Counted from the first letter of the stretch, positions 28,445 through 38,325 are shown. The stretch: DNA of 64,000 nucleotides from Thermoproteota archaeon (GCA_040757675.1 JBFLWI010000002.1:55217-119216), one strand, 5' to 3'. Numbers and translations: made by a program. Notes: generated from the sequence alone by a model not told the origin.

Positions 28445-30649
28445 TTATCGATAGTACGGAACTGCTATCTTTTGGCCGATCTTGAGGTCTTTTTGTGTCT
28501 TTACTTTCTTAACTGCTTCCTCAAAGTGCTTCATCGTGACCTTAGCTGTGTTTGTCGCCTTTTCTAGCTCCTCTTTTGTCGGGTGCTTGTCAAGACACTC
28601 ATGAATGACTAGTGAGACTGCGGTGTTTGGAATTGCTGCCACATCCGCTCCACTCATTCCGTCTGTAATGTCTGCGATCTTGTCCAAGTTAACATAGTCA
28701 AGATCGTTTTTGTCGGTAACTATTGGGATACTCTTTGATGATATCTCTAGAATCTGTCTTCTGCTATCTTTGTCTGGCATTGGGATCTGAATGATTTTGT
28801 CGAACCTGCCAGGTCGTAGCAACGCTGGGTCAATCATGTCTGCTCTATTTGTCGCCGCAAGGACAATTACTCCATGAAGGTTTTCCATACCATCGAGTTC
28901 GGTTAGGAGCTGGCTGACTACGCGTTCGGTCACTGCAGTCTCAGCTCCGGCGCCTCTTATCGGAGCAATAGAATCAATCTCATCAAAGAAGATCACACAT
29001 GGCGATGCCTGTCTTGCGCGTCTGAAGATCTCACGTATTCCTCTTTCTGATTCACCGACCCATTTTGAGAGAAGCTCGGGACCTCTCACTGAGACAAAGT
29101 TTGCCTCACTTTCAGTAGCCACTGCTTTTGCAAGTAGGGTCTTTCCGACGCCGCTTGGACCGTGAAGCAAAATACCACGCGGCATCTTGTGTCCCAGCTT
29201 GTCGTATAGTGCAGGATATTTCATTGGCCACTCCACTGCCTCTTGGAGCTGTTGCTTTACTTCCTTTAGGCCTCCGATGTCGTCCCACTTTACATCTGGG
29301 TTTTCGATGAAGACCTCACGCATTCCAGACGGTGTGACTTCAATTAGCGCTCTTTGGAAATCATCATTATTTACGATGAGCTTGTCCAGTGTCTCTGGCG
29401 GAATCTTCTCATCTTCTAGGTTCAATTCTGGCAATAATCTTCGAAGGCACTTCATTGCCGCTTCTTTGCACAAGTATTCTAAATCTGCGCCAACATATCC
29501 GTGACTCACAGATGCAATCTTGTCCAAATCGACATAGTTGGGGTCGTTTTCTTCGGTAACCAGTGGCATGTTGCGTGTGTGTATATTGAGTATGTCTTTT
29601 CGGCCCTTCTTGTCTGGCACTTTGATCTCAATTTCTCTGTCGAATCTGCCAGGTCTTCTCAAGGCGGGATCGATTGCATTTGGTCTGTTTGTTGCCGCAA
29701 TGACTATTACCTTGCCCCTTGCCTCTAGGCCATCCATCAAAGATAACATCTGAGATACGACGCGTCGTTCCACCTCGCCTGTTACTTCTTCTCTTTTTGG
29801 TGCAATGGAGTCTATTTCATCTACGAAGATAATGGACGGAGCCTTCTCTCTTGCCTCTTTGAAGATCTCCCTTAGTCTTGCCTCGCTTTCACCGTAAAAC
29901 TTGGACATGATCTCAGGCCCTGAGATGCTGATAAAGTGGGCGTTGCTTTCATTTGCAACTGCTTTTGCAAGGAGGGTCTTGCCGGTACCTGGTGGACCAT
30001 ACAACAACACGCCCTTTGGAGCCTCTACACCAAGTTTTTCAAAGATCTCAGGGTGTCTAAGTGGGAGCTCGATCATCTCCCTTACTTTTTTAATCTCATC
30101 TGTTAATCCACCAATGTCTTCGTATGTGACTTGGGGTACACCCCTCAGAGTCTCTCCCTTTTCTGCAATGTGGAATACTGTTTTTTGAGTAACAAGAACT
30201 GCATCAGCTGCGGGTGTAACACCAATTACTTGAAATGTGAGTCTCCCTCCAAAATATGGAACCATTACGTTGTCGCCTTTGATGAGCGGCACACTTTCCA
30301 GTGCATCTGCAAGATATCTCTCATCGATTGGTGGTATTGCCTCAAGTGGTGCGACTACTATCTTTTCTGCTGCAACCGCCTTGATCTTTCTTACATTTAT
30401 GGTGTCGCCAATTGCGATACCTGCATTGTTTCTCCCAAGGCCGTCGATTCGTATTATTCCCTTTCCTTCGTCTGATGGATACAACGGAAGACACTTGGCA
30501 ACGGTTCTGCGCTTTCCTTTGATCTCGATGACATCGCCTGTTGACGCGTTGAGAGTGTCCATAGAATCGTAATCAATTCGAGCTACGCCACGTCCAACAT
30601 CTCTTGTATATGCCTCAAGTACCTTAAGTGAGAGGGAGTTTTGGCTCAT
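28445..30649 (-). CDS. cdc48: Cdc48/VCP-like AAA+ ATPase
   Basis: N-domain plus two AAA modules ([34 protein letters not shown]); C-terminal YYR fits an HbYX proteasome-docking motif. Confidence 0.96.
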   Translation of the reverse strand: MSQNSLSLKVLEAYTRDVGRGVARIDYDSMDTLNASTGDVIEIKGKRRTVAKCLPLYPSDEGKGIIRIDGLGRNNAGIAIGDTINVRKIKAVAAEKIVVAPLEAIPPIDERYLADALESVPLIKGDNVMVPYFGGRLTFQVIGVTPAADAVLVTQKTVFHIAEKGETLRGVPQVTYEDIGGLTDEIKKVREMIELPLRHPEIFEKLGVEAPKGVLLYGPPGTGKTLLAKAVANESNAHFISISGPEIMSKFYGESEARLREIFKEAREKAPSIIFVDEIDSIAPKREEVTGEVERRVVSQMLSLMDGLEARGKVIVIAATNRPNAIDPALRRPGRFDREIEIKVPDKKGRKDILNIHTRNMPLVTEENDPNYVDLDKIASVSHGYVGADLEYLCKEAAMKCLRRLLPELNLEDEKIPPETLDKLIVNNDDFQRALIEVTPSGMREVFIENPDVKWDDIGGLKEVKQQLQEAVEWPMKYPALYDKLGHKMPRGILLHGPSGVGKTLLAKAVATESEANFVSVRGPELLSKWVGESERGIREIFRRARQASPCVIFFDEIDSIAPIRGAGAETAVTERVVSQLLTELDGMENLHGVIVLAATNRADMIDPALLRPGRFDKIIQIPMPDKDSRRQILEISSKSIPIVTDKNDLDYVNLDKIADITDGMSGADVAAIPNTAVSLVIHECLDKHPTKEELEKATNTAKVTMKHFEEAVKKVKTQKDLKIGQKIAVPYYR

Positions 30650-30754
30650 AACAATACCTTCTCAGCGTATTTTTTATATCTTTGTCGTAATTGATCCACA
30701 CAACTTCTCTTACAATACAAAGCTTAAAATCACAAGCTAAGGACATCACCAAAA

Positions 30755-31486
30755 ATGGGTAAGCGACCATTAGTGAGAAGACGTGGCCGTGGAGGCATGC
30801 AGTTTAGGGCAGCCTTTACTGGCAAGTTAGCACCAGCCAAATACCCATACTTTGATCTGTCCGAAGAACACACAGGCACGGTAATCGATCTGGTTCATGA
30901 AAGAGGCAGAGACGCGCCGCTGGCACGAGTCAGATTCGAGGACGGATCTGTATCTCTGGTTCCTGCAGTCTTGGGGACAAAAATCGGCTCTACGATCAAG
31001 TTCGGCCTAAACGCAGATATCTCAAATGGAAACGTAATCAGCATTCAAAACATTCCCGACGGCACTATAGTCTGCAACGTTGAAAAACACTTTGGAGACG
31101 GAGGAAGCATTGCAAAATCTGCAGGCGGATCTGCCACGGTATTTTCACACAGTGCTGATGGTGTCACAATTAAGCTTCCTTCAGGCGCATTTACCACGCT
31201 GAATCCAAAAAACCGGGCAATGGTTGGAGTTTTGGCAGGCGGCGGAACATCGGAGAGGCCGTTTCTTAATGCAGGAAACAAGTGGCGAAGGTACCGATCA
31301 AAGGGCCACAAGTATCCAATAGTTAGAGGTGTAGCTCAAGCAGCATATGTGCATCCGCACGGTGGTGGAAGACACCAACACATGGGAGGAAGCGGAACCG
31401 TATCAAGAAACGCACCGCCTGGAGCCAAAGTTGGAAGCATCGCTGCAAGAAAAACCGGCCGCGCCAGACTCAAAGAAAGAGTATAG
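30755..31486 (+). CDS. rpl2: 50S ribosomal protein uL2
   Basis: MGKRPLVRRRGRG, YPIVRGVA, HPHGGG, APPGAKVGSIAARKTG. Confidence 0.97.
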   Translation: MGKRPLVRRRGRGGMQFRAAFTGKLAPAKYPYFDLSEEHTGTVIDLVHERGRDAPLARVRFEDGSVSLVPAVLGTKIGSTIKFGLNADISNGNVISIQNIPDGTIVCNVEKHFGDGGSIAKSAGGSATVFSHSADGVTIKLPSGAFTTLNPKNRAMVGVLAGGGTSERPFLNAGNKWRRYRSKGHKYPIVRGVAQAAYVHPHGGGRHQHMGGSGTVSRNAPPGAKVGSIAARKTGRARLKERV

Positions 31487-31499
31487 TTTTCTAAACCAT

Positions 31500-31515
31500 T
31501 CTGAAAATTTTCAGA
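31500..31515. repeat. Perfect 16-bp palindrome TCTGAAAATTTTCAGA
   Basis: Directly visible 14 nt after the rpl2 stop; possible operator or terminator hairpin. Confidence 0.5.
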
Positions 31516-31565
31516 TCAAAAGTCCATAACAAAATTGATTAATGCCAAAGCAAGACTGTTTTTAA

Positions 31566-31844
31566 ATGGGAAAACAGCGTGTACATCTTTTCATAAGTGG
31601 TAAGGTACAAGGAGTTTTTTTTCGCCAAGCTATGAAGGTGGCCGCAAAGAAGAACCATGTTACAGGTTGGGTTAAGAACCTAAAGGACGGCCGCGTAGAG
31701 GCCGTAATTGAGGGTGAGGATCTCAATGTAAGCAATGTGGTGGAATGGTGTCATGCTGGACCTGCAAATGCGCGCGTCGAGGACGTTGTGATAAAAAACG
31801 AAAAATTCAAAGACGAATTTACCAAGTTTGATGTTTTGTACTAG
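31566..31844 (+). CDS. acyP: Acylphosphatase
   Basis: SGKVQGVFFR, GWVKNLKDGRVE, CHAGPANARV. Confidence 0.95.
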   Translation: MGKQRVHLFISGKVQGVFFRQAMKVAAKKNHVTGWVKNLKDGRVEAVIEGEDLNVSNVVEWCHAGPANARVEDVVIKNEKFKDEFTKFDVLY

Positions 31845-32161
31845 CGAATCGTGTTGTATGCTTCCAGAATCAATCTTTTTGTTTCATCTAGGTTGTCGTC
31901 TGGTTTGACCAAAAATATAGTAAATGGTTCTTTTCGGCTTTTCTGAATTTTGACGATAATTTTATCTTGATCCGGCTCCAAGTCTGCAAACCATCTAAAT
32001 GAAAGCGATTTTCCAAAAACAATCCTGTGTGCACGAACATCTTCTACCACATTTGCTCCAAGAGAGACGCAACACTGTCTCAGCGAATCAAAGGCAGCAA
32101 AGAGATGGGGCGGAATCTGCCTTTTGAATTCCTCGTACGTTCTTTTTTGACCTACAAACAT
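31841..32161 (-). CDS. Hypothetical protein (~106 aa)
   Basis: The true start is probably ATG 32161 or GTG 32170; the upstream part of the tracked ORF is SRP RNA. Confidence 0.65.
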   Translation of the reverse strand: MFVGQKRTYEEFKRQIPPHLFAAFDSLRQCCVSLGANVVEDVRAHRIVFGKSLSFRWFADLEPDQDKIIVKIQKSRKEPFTIFLVKPDDNLDETKRLILEAYNTIR

Positions 32162-32201
32162 GTCATCCACTAGTTTTGAGCGCCAACCAAATATTTTAAG
32201 T

Positions 32202-32517
32202 GGTAGTAGCTCTGCTGGTTCCAGTCCAGACAGATAACCCCATCTCAAGGCGCACAAGATCCGCCACGTTGACGAAGTAGCGTGGGTACTTTGCCTTAGG
32301 ATTGCTCCCTCCCGGACCTCATCCATTTCGGCAATTCGACCTTGAGCGTTATCCCTTCGGACAATCTCAGACCTGTATCCACCCGCTTCGGCGTGATTTC
32401 ATTTCAGTACACCAAGCGGGAATTATCCATCTGGAGATTTATCCAGCAGTTACTGACCTCTGCATAGAGCCGGTTTCAGAGTAGGGCACGGCTAGCGCCC
32501 CGATCCTACCTACTACC
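32202..32517 (-). ncRNA. ffs: Signal recognition particle (7S) RNA
   Basis: Terminal helix GGTAGTAG...CTACTACC enclosing ~316 nt; helix-8 motif AGGTCC-GGGA-GGGAGCA (reverse complement of ~32303-32319); GC-rich Alu-like 5' end GGGGCGCTAGCCGTGCCC. Confidence 0.85.
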
Positions 32518-32549
32518 GAGTATTTTTACCACTTGATGATATATTTGGA

Positions 32550-33482
32550 TTAGGTTTGTCGGTTCTGTTGCATCAACGGTTTGTCCTTAAGCGAGACGAT
32601 CATTTTGCACACAGAGCAGATCTCACCTGTGCATTCCGAGCCGCAATTAGAGCAGGCGAGTTTTTGTTTGTAGTTTGATTCCTTCATAATTTGAGAGATC
32701 TTCAAAATGGAACGATACATGCTGTTTTTGATTCCACTGTGGCTGTTCTCCAAATTATTCAAAAATTCTCGGATCTCAGTTCGTATGCCCTCATTCATAT
32801 GGGGACATGGCTCGGTTTGAAACGGCAGGTTGTTTGTGAACGCGTAAAAGACTATCTCGGACTCGTAAATTTCGCAAAATGGCTTTATTTTGCGAAGCGA
32901 GTTCTCGGAAGTGTCAGGATCCATCCAACCTATTTTGTTTGTGTCGCCAGAAAGTGTGTTAATTACAAAAGTCTGCAGAACATCATCTAGGTTGTGTCCA
33001 GTCGCGATCACATCTGCGCCAATTTCTTTTGCTGCATGATCAATTGCCCTTCGTCGGAAGGTGCCGCAAATAGAGCAAGATGAAAGCTTGTCATCTCTTA
33101 ACAAAAGGGACTCATCAAGCGTGAGATCAAACAGTTCCTTGTAGCTGTATGTACTGTACTCGACTCCAAGATCTGCACAGAATTTCTTTACAATACCAAG
33201 CGCTTCTTCGCGATACCCTTGGATTCCCTCGTCGATTGTTACTGCGTGCAACCTGAAATTGTGGTTTTTTGACATTTTTGATAACACATGAAGCAGGGCA
33301 AGTGAGTCCTTGCCTCCAGATACTGCGACACAGACGAGCTGGCCGTTTTGCATCATGTTGTATTTTGAGATGGTCTTTGCTGTCTTTCTTAGTATGGAAT
33401 TTGAAAAACACTCAGAGCATAGATTTTCGCCAGAATACTTTCTTGCATAGACTGCGGTGTTTTGGCATCTGTCACATTTCAT
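32550..33482 (-). CDS. ncsA: tRNA 2-thiolation protein (TIGR00269, NcsA/Ctu1/TtuA family)
   Basis: Terminal Zn fingers, PP-loop SGGKDS, CSICG.FRR, TGHNLDD, CPH. Confidence 0.88.
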   Translation of the reverse strand: MKCDRCQNTAVYARKYSGENLCSECFSNSILRKTAKTISKYNMMQNGQLVCVAVSGGKDSLALLHVLSKMSKNHNFRLHAVTIDEGIQGYREEALGIVKKFCADLGVEYSTYSYKELFDLTLDESLLLRDDKLSSCSICGTFRRRAIDHAAKEIGADVIATGHNLDDVLQTFVINTLSGDTNKIGWMDPDTSENSLRKIKPFCEIYESEIVFYAFTNNLPFQTEPCPHMNEGIRTEIREFLNNLENSHSGIKNSMYRSILKISQIMKESNYKQKLACSNCGSECTGEICSVCKMIVSLKDKPLMQQNRQT

Positions 33483-33520
33483 GGTAGCGATCCTAGTTGC
33501 CCAAATTTAATTGGTCTGCC

Positions 33521-34750
33521 TCAAATGGTGAACCAGCCGGACTTCATGTATGATAATACAATGTTTAGGCCAAAGAGGCTGAAGGTAAAGGCGTAGATTG
33601 CCCACATGGTTCTGTTCACTGTAATGTCTGAGAGTTTTTTGTCAATTATGCTATGGATGAATTTGCCGCCATCGAGGATCGGAAGCGGAAGCATATTGAT
33701 TATCCCGATGAAAAATGAGATCATCCACAGCCACAGCAAAAACATGGACAGCTCAGGACTTTTCCACTCGATAAAGTTGTAGATTGGCTTGTAGGTGCCC
33801 GAGTTGTCTCGAATTATGCCAATGAGTCCCTTTGTAGGATCGTCAGGAGAAGGCATGATCTGTACTTGGTACTGGAACTGTTGGCCCTCTCTGAGCAAAG
33901 TAACAGTGGCCGTGTCGCCTGGTGCAAGCTTTACTCTGGCAAAATCAATAGGTGTCACTATGGGGATGTCATTAATCGAGGTGATGATATCTCCTGCTTG
34001 CAGGCCTGCCTTCTGTGCACCACTATCTTCCATTACAGAAATTATTGTGACGCCTTGCGGTATCTCGTAGAATGCACTCCGAATAGGCTCCGGTACTATG
34101 ATTGCAAAAAACGGATTTGTAAGCAAGAATGCCCCAAGGACCAGTGCAAAAATTACGTTTGATGTTGCACCTGCACCGATTACTCGAAGCTTTGAGATCT
34201 TTTTTGCTTTGTTGAATTCTTCATCATCGGGTTCAACAAAGCCTGCAAACATTGCGATGAATATGGCAAAGCCGCCAGTCTTGATTCTAATTTTTTCAAG
34301 TGTTGCAACTATGCCGTGCGCCCCCTCATGAATGACAAGAACAATTGGAATGGAGAGAAGAAAATACAGAATTGCCGAAGACGACGTTAATGTAACGCCA
34401 GGTATGAGGACTGTGAGCTCTGCAAACTCTGCTGGCCTGTCAAAGTACTTGGTAATATTGTCAATTAGAAACCAAAACCCAAAACCCATCATGATGAATC
34501 CTGCGACCACACTCACATCTGCAAAGACGCGTATGCCGCGTCTTGTTCTACCCAACATTCTAGTCAGTGCAGCCTGGACCTGTGCGTTCTTGTATGTGAG
34601 GCTGTATGGTTTTATCTCAAAGCCGTGCTTTTCTAGCTTGAGTGCCTTTGTTACTCCGAGTATGATCCCCCAAGCTATTAACACGTAGATTATAGCGTTT
34701 TGTGACAAAAAATCCAAAGCCAAATTAATTACACTTTGTATTACTGTCAT
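33521..34750 (-). CDS. Site-2 protease (M50) with PDZ domain
   Basis: HEGAH, GAGATSN, PDZ (SGAQKAGLQAGDIITSIND), NMLPLPILDGG. Confidence 0.92.
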   Translation of the reverse strand: MTVIQSVINLALDFLSQNAIIYVLIAWGIILGVTKALKLEKHGFEIKPYSLTYKNAQVQAALTRMLGRTRRGIRVFADVSVVAGFIMMGFGFWFLIDNITKYFDRPAEFAELTVLIPGVTLTSSSAILYFLLSIPIVLVIHEGAHGIVATLEKIRIKTGGFAIFIAMFAGFVEPDDEEFNKAKKISKLRVIGAGATSNVIFALVLGAFLLTNPFFAIIVPEPIRSAFYEIPQGVTIISVMEDSGAQKAGLQAGDIITSINDIPIVTPIDFARVKLAPGDTATVTLLREGQQFQYQVQIMPSPDDPTKGLIGIIRDNSGTYKPIYNFIEWKSPELSMFLLWLWMISFFIGIINMLPLPILDGGKFIHSIIDKKLSDITVNRTMWAIYAFTFSLFGLNIVLSYMKSGWFTI

Positions 34751-34801
34751 TTATAAAAATCAAGCGTGTAATTTTTACTTGAATAGAAGACTATCACGTT
34801 T

Positions 34802-34999
34802 CTACTCGTAAATCAGGAACGCGTTCAAAGTGCTTTTTATCCTGTTTTTTGCGCCGTATGCACCACGAAAATACTCTGCTACATTAACCGAAGTGGTGTG
34901 GATCAACTCTCCATTTTTTTCCAACTCTTTCATCTTTGCCAGTGCGTCCGCATCATGACGTTCTAACGCGATAAGAAAGTTAGTATCAGCGCAAACCAA
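34802..34999 (-). pseudogene. vapC: Truncated VapC PIN-domain toxin (65 aa)
   Basis: CADTNFLI and TSVNVAEY N-terminal PIN motifs; stops at half the usual length and the next gene starts ~50 bp later. Confidence 0.8.
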
Positions 35000-35015
35000 T
35001 CTAGAGATCGACCTT

Positions 35016-35253
35016 TTACAGTTTCAGATTTTTGCACAGCTCCTTACTTGCTTTTTCTACACTGTCTGCAAGATCGGGATTTGGCCCTCTTTCTTTTAGA
35101 TAAGCTAGTATGGCAGATGGATTACCCTTCCCAAACTTTCGTAATATTAAATCTGAGAAAGATTCCATCTAACTTTTGAGCTTTGAGTATTCTGTATGCT
35201 TCATCACTCAATGAGATCGTCGTGGTACCTATGTACGATAAATACATGTACAT
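35016..35253 (-). pseudogene. Frameshifted VapB-like (DUF217-type) antitoxin
   Basis: TTISLSDEAYRILKAQKLDG continues in another frame as ESFSDLILRK...PDLADSVEKASKELCKNLKL (frameshift near 35163-35166); the probable original start is now ATA (35230-35232). Confidence 0.8.
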
Positions 35254-35257
35254 GCAT
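35242..35257. promoter_or_regulatory. Near-perfect palindrome ATACATGTACATGCAT, putative TA autoregulatory operator
   Basis: Perfect 10-bp core CATGTACATG between a TATA-like CTTAAATG (minus strand) and the antitoxin start. Confidence 0.4.
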
Positions 35258-35304
35258 TTAAGGTTGACCAAAAAGAACAAACATCGCTAATCCAAGATAA
35301 CACT

Positions 35305-35616
35305 ATGAAACCAGCAGTGATTGTATCGACTTATCCGGACAGAAAATCAATCTCAAAAATTGCAACCAAATTAGTAAAAGACAAGGTTGCAGCCTGTGTC
35401 AACATAACAAAAATCTCATCGATTTATGCTTGGCAAGGAAAAATTGAAAACACAAACGAGTTTCTTGCGTTTTTTAAAACAACGCAGAAAAACAAACACA
35501 AGCTAAAATCCGTCATAAAAAACACGCACCCATACAAGGTGCCGGAAATAGCAGAACTTGATGTAAAAGACATCAATAAACCATACCTGCAGTGGCTCGT
35601 AGACTCGACAGGCTAG
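35305..35616 (+). CDS. cutA: Divalent-cation tolerance protein CutA
   Basis: LVKDKVAACVN, SIYAWQGKIE, HPYKVPEI, YLQW. Confidence 0.94.
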   Translation: MKPAVIVSTYPDRKSISKIATKLVKDKVAACVNITKISSIYAWQGKIENTNEFLAFFKTTQKNKHKLKSVIKNTHPYKVPEIAELDVKDINKPYLQWLVDSTG

Positions 35617-36665
35617 GACTCTACTGGAAACCTAAGGAGTGAGACCATGCCGCCAAGGCCGGATACCTGCAAGCCAATGTCTGTGCTGGAATCAAGTGCG
35701 TAAATATGGGCTCCCTTTGATTCGGCCTCATTGAGAAATTCTATTACTTCGTCTTCGTTGTGTGTCTGGATCACTTTTTCTGAGAAGATAAGCGATTCTA
35801 CTGCACCAAACTGGTTTGCTTTTTTTGTCTCCTCAAAACCCATTGTGAATTTTCTGCTTTTGGTATTTGCTTTTATCATGACTTCTTCTAGAATTGAGGC
35901 CACCTTTGCAAGCTTGCTTTGGCCAAGTATCTGTTGCATGGATTTGGATCTTATGAAAGAATAGATGCCGTCCTCGCCACCGGAATCAATTCCATCGACA
36001 ACTTGAATTTTGTATTTTTTTGCAATTGGCAATTTTTGCAGGAAATTGCTAAACTGTCTCTTTGTCTCGCCGGGCCCAAATATTATGATGGAGTCGTTTT
36101 CTTGTAGCGTTATGTCCAATGCTTTTGCGACGCTTTCAAAAAACGTCTGTATGTTGAAGCTCGTCTTGTACTGCTTGCCACTTGAGCCAGAATACATGTT
36201 TTGCAAAAGCTGGAGGTGCGTTCCCTTCAATCTGCCAATGCCGCAATCGCCTTTGTCTATTGCGACAAGAACAAAACCAAAACTCTCATCTTTGTTTTTT
36301 GTCAGCTTTAACTCGACTGGCTGCCATTTTTTCTTTATGACGTTAAAGGAATCTCCGATATTTACCAAAAGGGAGTGATGCAGTCCTTTTGAGACTGCTT
36401 CGTTACTTGATTCCAGTATGGTGCCATGTATTCTGAGCTTATCAAAGACTGCATCAAGTGATATCTTTTCTACTTCGAGCATTATTCGAATCTTTATGCG
36501 CTCGCCCCTGTCGGGCCTTGCAAAATCCTTTTCCTGTTTGATTACACGTGTGGTGTCAGAAACTATCTTGTCGCCTTTTTTTATTATTCTTCGAAGTATC
36601 AACAGGTCGTCTGGCTCTTCTACTAAAAAAGAAACTGTCGAGTCGTCGATAATTTTTGTAATCAT
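35613..36665 (-). CDS. pelA: Pelota/Dom34 ribosome rescue factor
   Basis: EEPDDL..L, LRIHGTI, GLHHSL, eRF1-like domains ending LGGMVSLLRF. Confidence 0.92.
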   Translation of the reverse strand: MITKIIDDSTVSFLVEEPDDLLILRRIIKKGDKIVSDTTRVIKQEKDFARPDRGERIKIRIMLEVEKISLDAVFDKLRIHGTILESSNEAVSKGLHHSLLVNIGDSFNVIKKKWQPVELKLTKNKDESFGFVLVAIDKGDCGIGRLKGTHLQLLQNMYSGSSGKQYKTSFNIQTFFESVAKALDITLQENDSIIIFGPGETKRQFSNFLQKLPIAKKYKIQVVDGIDSGGEDGIYSFIRSKSMQQILGQSKLAKVASILEEVMIKANTKSRKFTMGFEETKKANQFGAVESLIFSEKVIQTHNEDEVIEFLNEAESKGAHIYALDSSTDIGLQVSGLGGMVSLLRFPVES

Positions 36666-36692
36666 TTGATTAAGATAGCTTTGAAGAAAATA

Positions 36693-37100
36693 TTAAACAG
36701 TGTTGGTGTTTTCGAGATTCTTTTTCTTTAGATAGCTGTCGACCCACTCTGGAGTTATGACTCCGCCTTCTGCCAAGTTGACAAGCGAATTTGGTGATGC
36801 TTCGCCTGTCACCTTTCCGCCCTTTCTCCTTATTTGTCTCCACTTTAGTGTGGTGTTTCCGCTCTTTGAGTTGTAGATTATGCCCAAGACGTCGCGTGCG
36901 TTGACAAAGGTAATGTCTCGGATCTTCTTTAGGGTGACCTTGTCTGCTGCCTCTACGTATATTGAGCCCAGTGACTCTTCACGCTCTGGAAAGACCTCGG
37001 GGTCTTCGACGTAGCCGCGTGGAATGTATGAGCTGCACGTGCTTGCAATCACGAATCTTCTAAAACTTTCGAGTGATGCTGGTACGTCTATTGCCACCAT
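36693..37100 (-). CDS. Hypothetical protein (135 aa)
   Basis: Clean ORF with normal composition between pelota and the sRNA; no motif recognised. Confidence 0.75.
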   Translation of the reverse strand: MVAIDVPASLESFRRFVIASTCSSYIPRGYVEDPEVFPEREESLGSIYVEAADKVTLKKIRDITFVNARDVLGIIYNSKSGNTTLKWRQIRRKGGKVTGEASPNSLVNLAEGGVITPEWVDSYLKKKNLENTNTV

Positions 37101-37136
37101 TTCTTTTATGGGGTTTTTCTGACAATATCAAGCTTC

Positions 37137-37144
37137 TTTTAAAA
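37137..37144 (+). promoter_or_regulatory. TATA box TTTTAAAA upstream of the candidate C/D sRNA
   Basis: About 26 nt upstream of the sRNA 5' stem; palindromic, so it could also serve the divergent gene. Confidence 0.45.
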
Positions 37145-37169
37145 ATCCCCCTTGCCAATTATGATGCAG

Positions 37170-37227
37170 AGGCGTTGATGAGATTATCCCTTTGATCTTG
37201 ATGATGAAGATCTTGAGTTCTGAGCCT
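37170..37227 (+). ncRNA. Candidate box C/D guide sRNA
   Basis: AGGC stem - C TTGATGA (37175-81) - guide GATTATCCCT - D' TTGA (37192-95) - C' ATGATGA (37201-07) - guide AGATCTTGAGTT - D CTGA (37220-23) - GCCT stem. Confidence 0.75.
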
Positions 37228-37263
37228 TGAATATTTATGGGATGATGTGACTTTTCAAAATAC

Positions 37264-37683
37264 ATGAAGTCCCTGACAGAATATCTTACCTTTAACACCA
37301 AAACCAAGATCGCTTTTGTAAACATCACACCCCAGGTACGCCAACTAATTAAAAAAAGTGGAGTAAAAGATGGCCTATGTCTTGTAAACGCAATGCACAT
37401 TACTGCAAGTGTCTTCATAAATGATAACGAGTCTGGTTTGCACAAGGATTTTGCAAAATGGCTTGAGAAGCTTGCACCACACGAACCGATAAGCCAGTAC
37501 CAACACAATGACACAGGAGAAGACAACGCAGATGCACACCTAAAAAGACAGATAATGGGACGAGAGGTAGTAGTAGCAATAACTGACGGCGATCTTGATT
37601 TTGGGCCTTGGGAGCAGATTTTTTACGGGGAATTCGACGGCATGAGACCAAAAAGAGTTCTAGTCAAAATAATTGGCGAGTAA
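37264..37683 (+). CDS. yjbQ: YjbQ/UPF0047 family protein
   Basis: [39 protein letters not shown]. Confidence 0.92.
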   Translation: MKSLTEYLTFNTKTKIAFVNITPQVRQLIKKSGVKDGLCLVNAMHITASVFINDNESGLHKDFAKWLEKLAPHEPISQYQHNDTGEDNADAHLKRQIMGREVVVAITDGDLDFGPWEQIFYGEFDGMRPKRVLVKIIGE

Positions 37684-37848
37684 CTAACCAAAGTCTGCGT
37701 CGCGTTTTTGGCTCTGTGACTCATTTTTTCTTGCTGCCAATCTAAAGTCGTCCTGATGGTTTTGTGGCCCGTGGCTGCACTTGACACAACCCACCTTGAA
37801 GCCGTTTTCGTCTTTGACATATGTCTGACAACCACAAAAACAAGCCAT
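37684..37848 (-). CDS. 54-aa Cys/His-rich microprotein (not in ORF track)
   Basis: MACFCGCQTYVKDENGFKVGCVKCSHGPQNHQDDFRLAARKNESQSQKRDADFG; fits exactly between dtxR and the convergent yjbQ stop. Confidence 0.7.
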   Translation of the reverse strand: MACFCGCQTYVKDENGFKVGCVKCSHGPQNHQDDFRLAARKNESQSQKRDADFG

Positions 37849-37878
37849 AACTGAAAAGATTCGCGGTATGATATAACT

Positions 37879-38325
37879 CTAATTAGTACAACATGCACCG
37901 CGCGGGATGTCGTGGCCGTGGGGGCACTTTCTTGGATGCTTGAGCATCGTGCACAACGCATCGGTAAACTGCTGGTTCATGTGGTGTTCTATTCCGCAGA
38001 CCATCTCCTCGTCTATCTCTACTTTGAGGGCCGAGTCCATCAATACCTCTAAAAGCCTGCTGTTGCGCATCATACTTGCGCCTACTTTTTCACCGCTTTC
38101 GGTGAGCGCGACTCCAGCTTTGTTATAGTTGACAAGGTTTTGCTCGTTTAACTTCTTTAGCATCTGCACTACGCTTGGCTGCCTCACATTGAGCATCTTT
38201 GCGATGGTGGATATTTTGACTGGCTCGCTTTTTTCCTTGATGTGCCAAATTGCTTTTAGATACATCTCTACGTGCTCTGCCTCGGCCGTTCCAACAAAAA
38301 GCACTTCGTCGTTTATCGAATCCAT
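37879..38325 (-). CDS. DtxR/MntR-family metal-dependent transcriptional regulator
   Basis: EMYLKAIW, wHTH PSVVQMLKKL, RLLE, CGIEH, CPHGHDIP. Confidence 0.9.
   Translation of the reverse strand: MDSINDEVLFVGTAEAEHVEMYLKAIWHIKEKSEPVKISTIAKMLNVRQPSVVQMLKKLNEQNLVNYNKAGVALTESGEKVGASMMRNSRLLEVLMDSALKVEIDEEMVCGIEHHMNQQFTDALCTMLKHPRKCPHGHDIPRGACCTN

Noticed and set aside
31841-32484. 161-aa version of the hypothetical ORF and the 60-aa ORF 32302..32484
   Set aside because: Both overlap the SRP RNA; only the portion downstream of ~32170 looks coding.
37128-37961. Tracked ORFs 37128..37526, 37415..37651 and 37623..37961
   Set aside because: They are shadow frames over yjbQ, the C/D sRNA and dtxR; the credible small gene is in a different frame (37684..37848).
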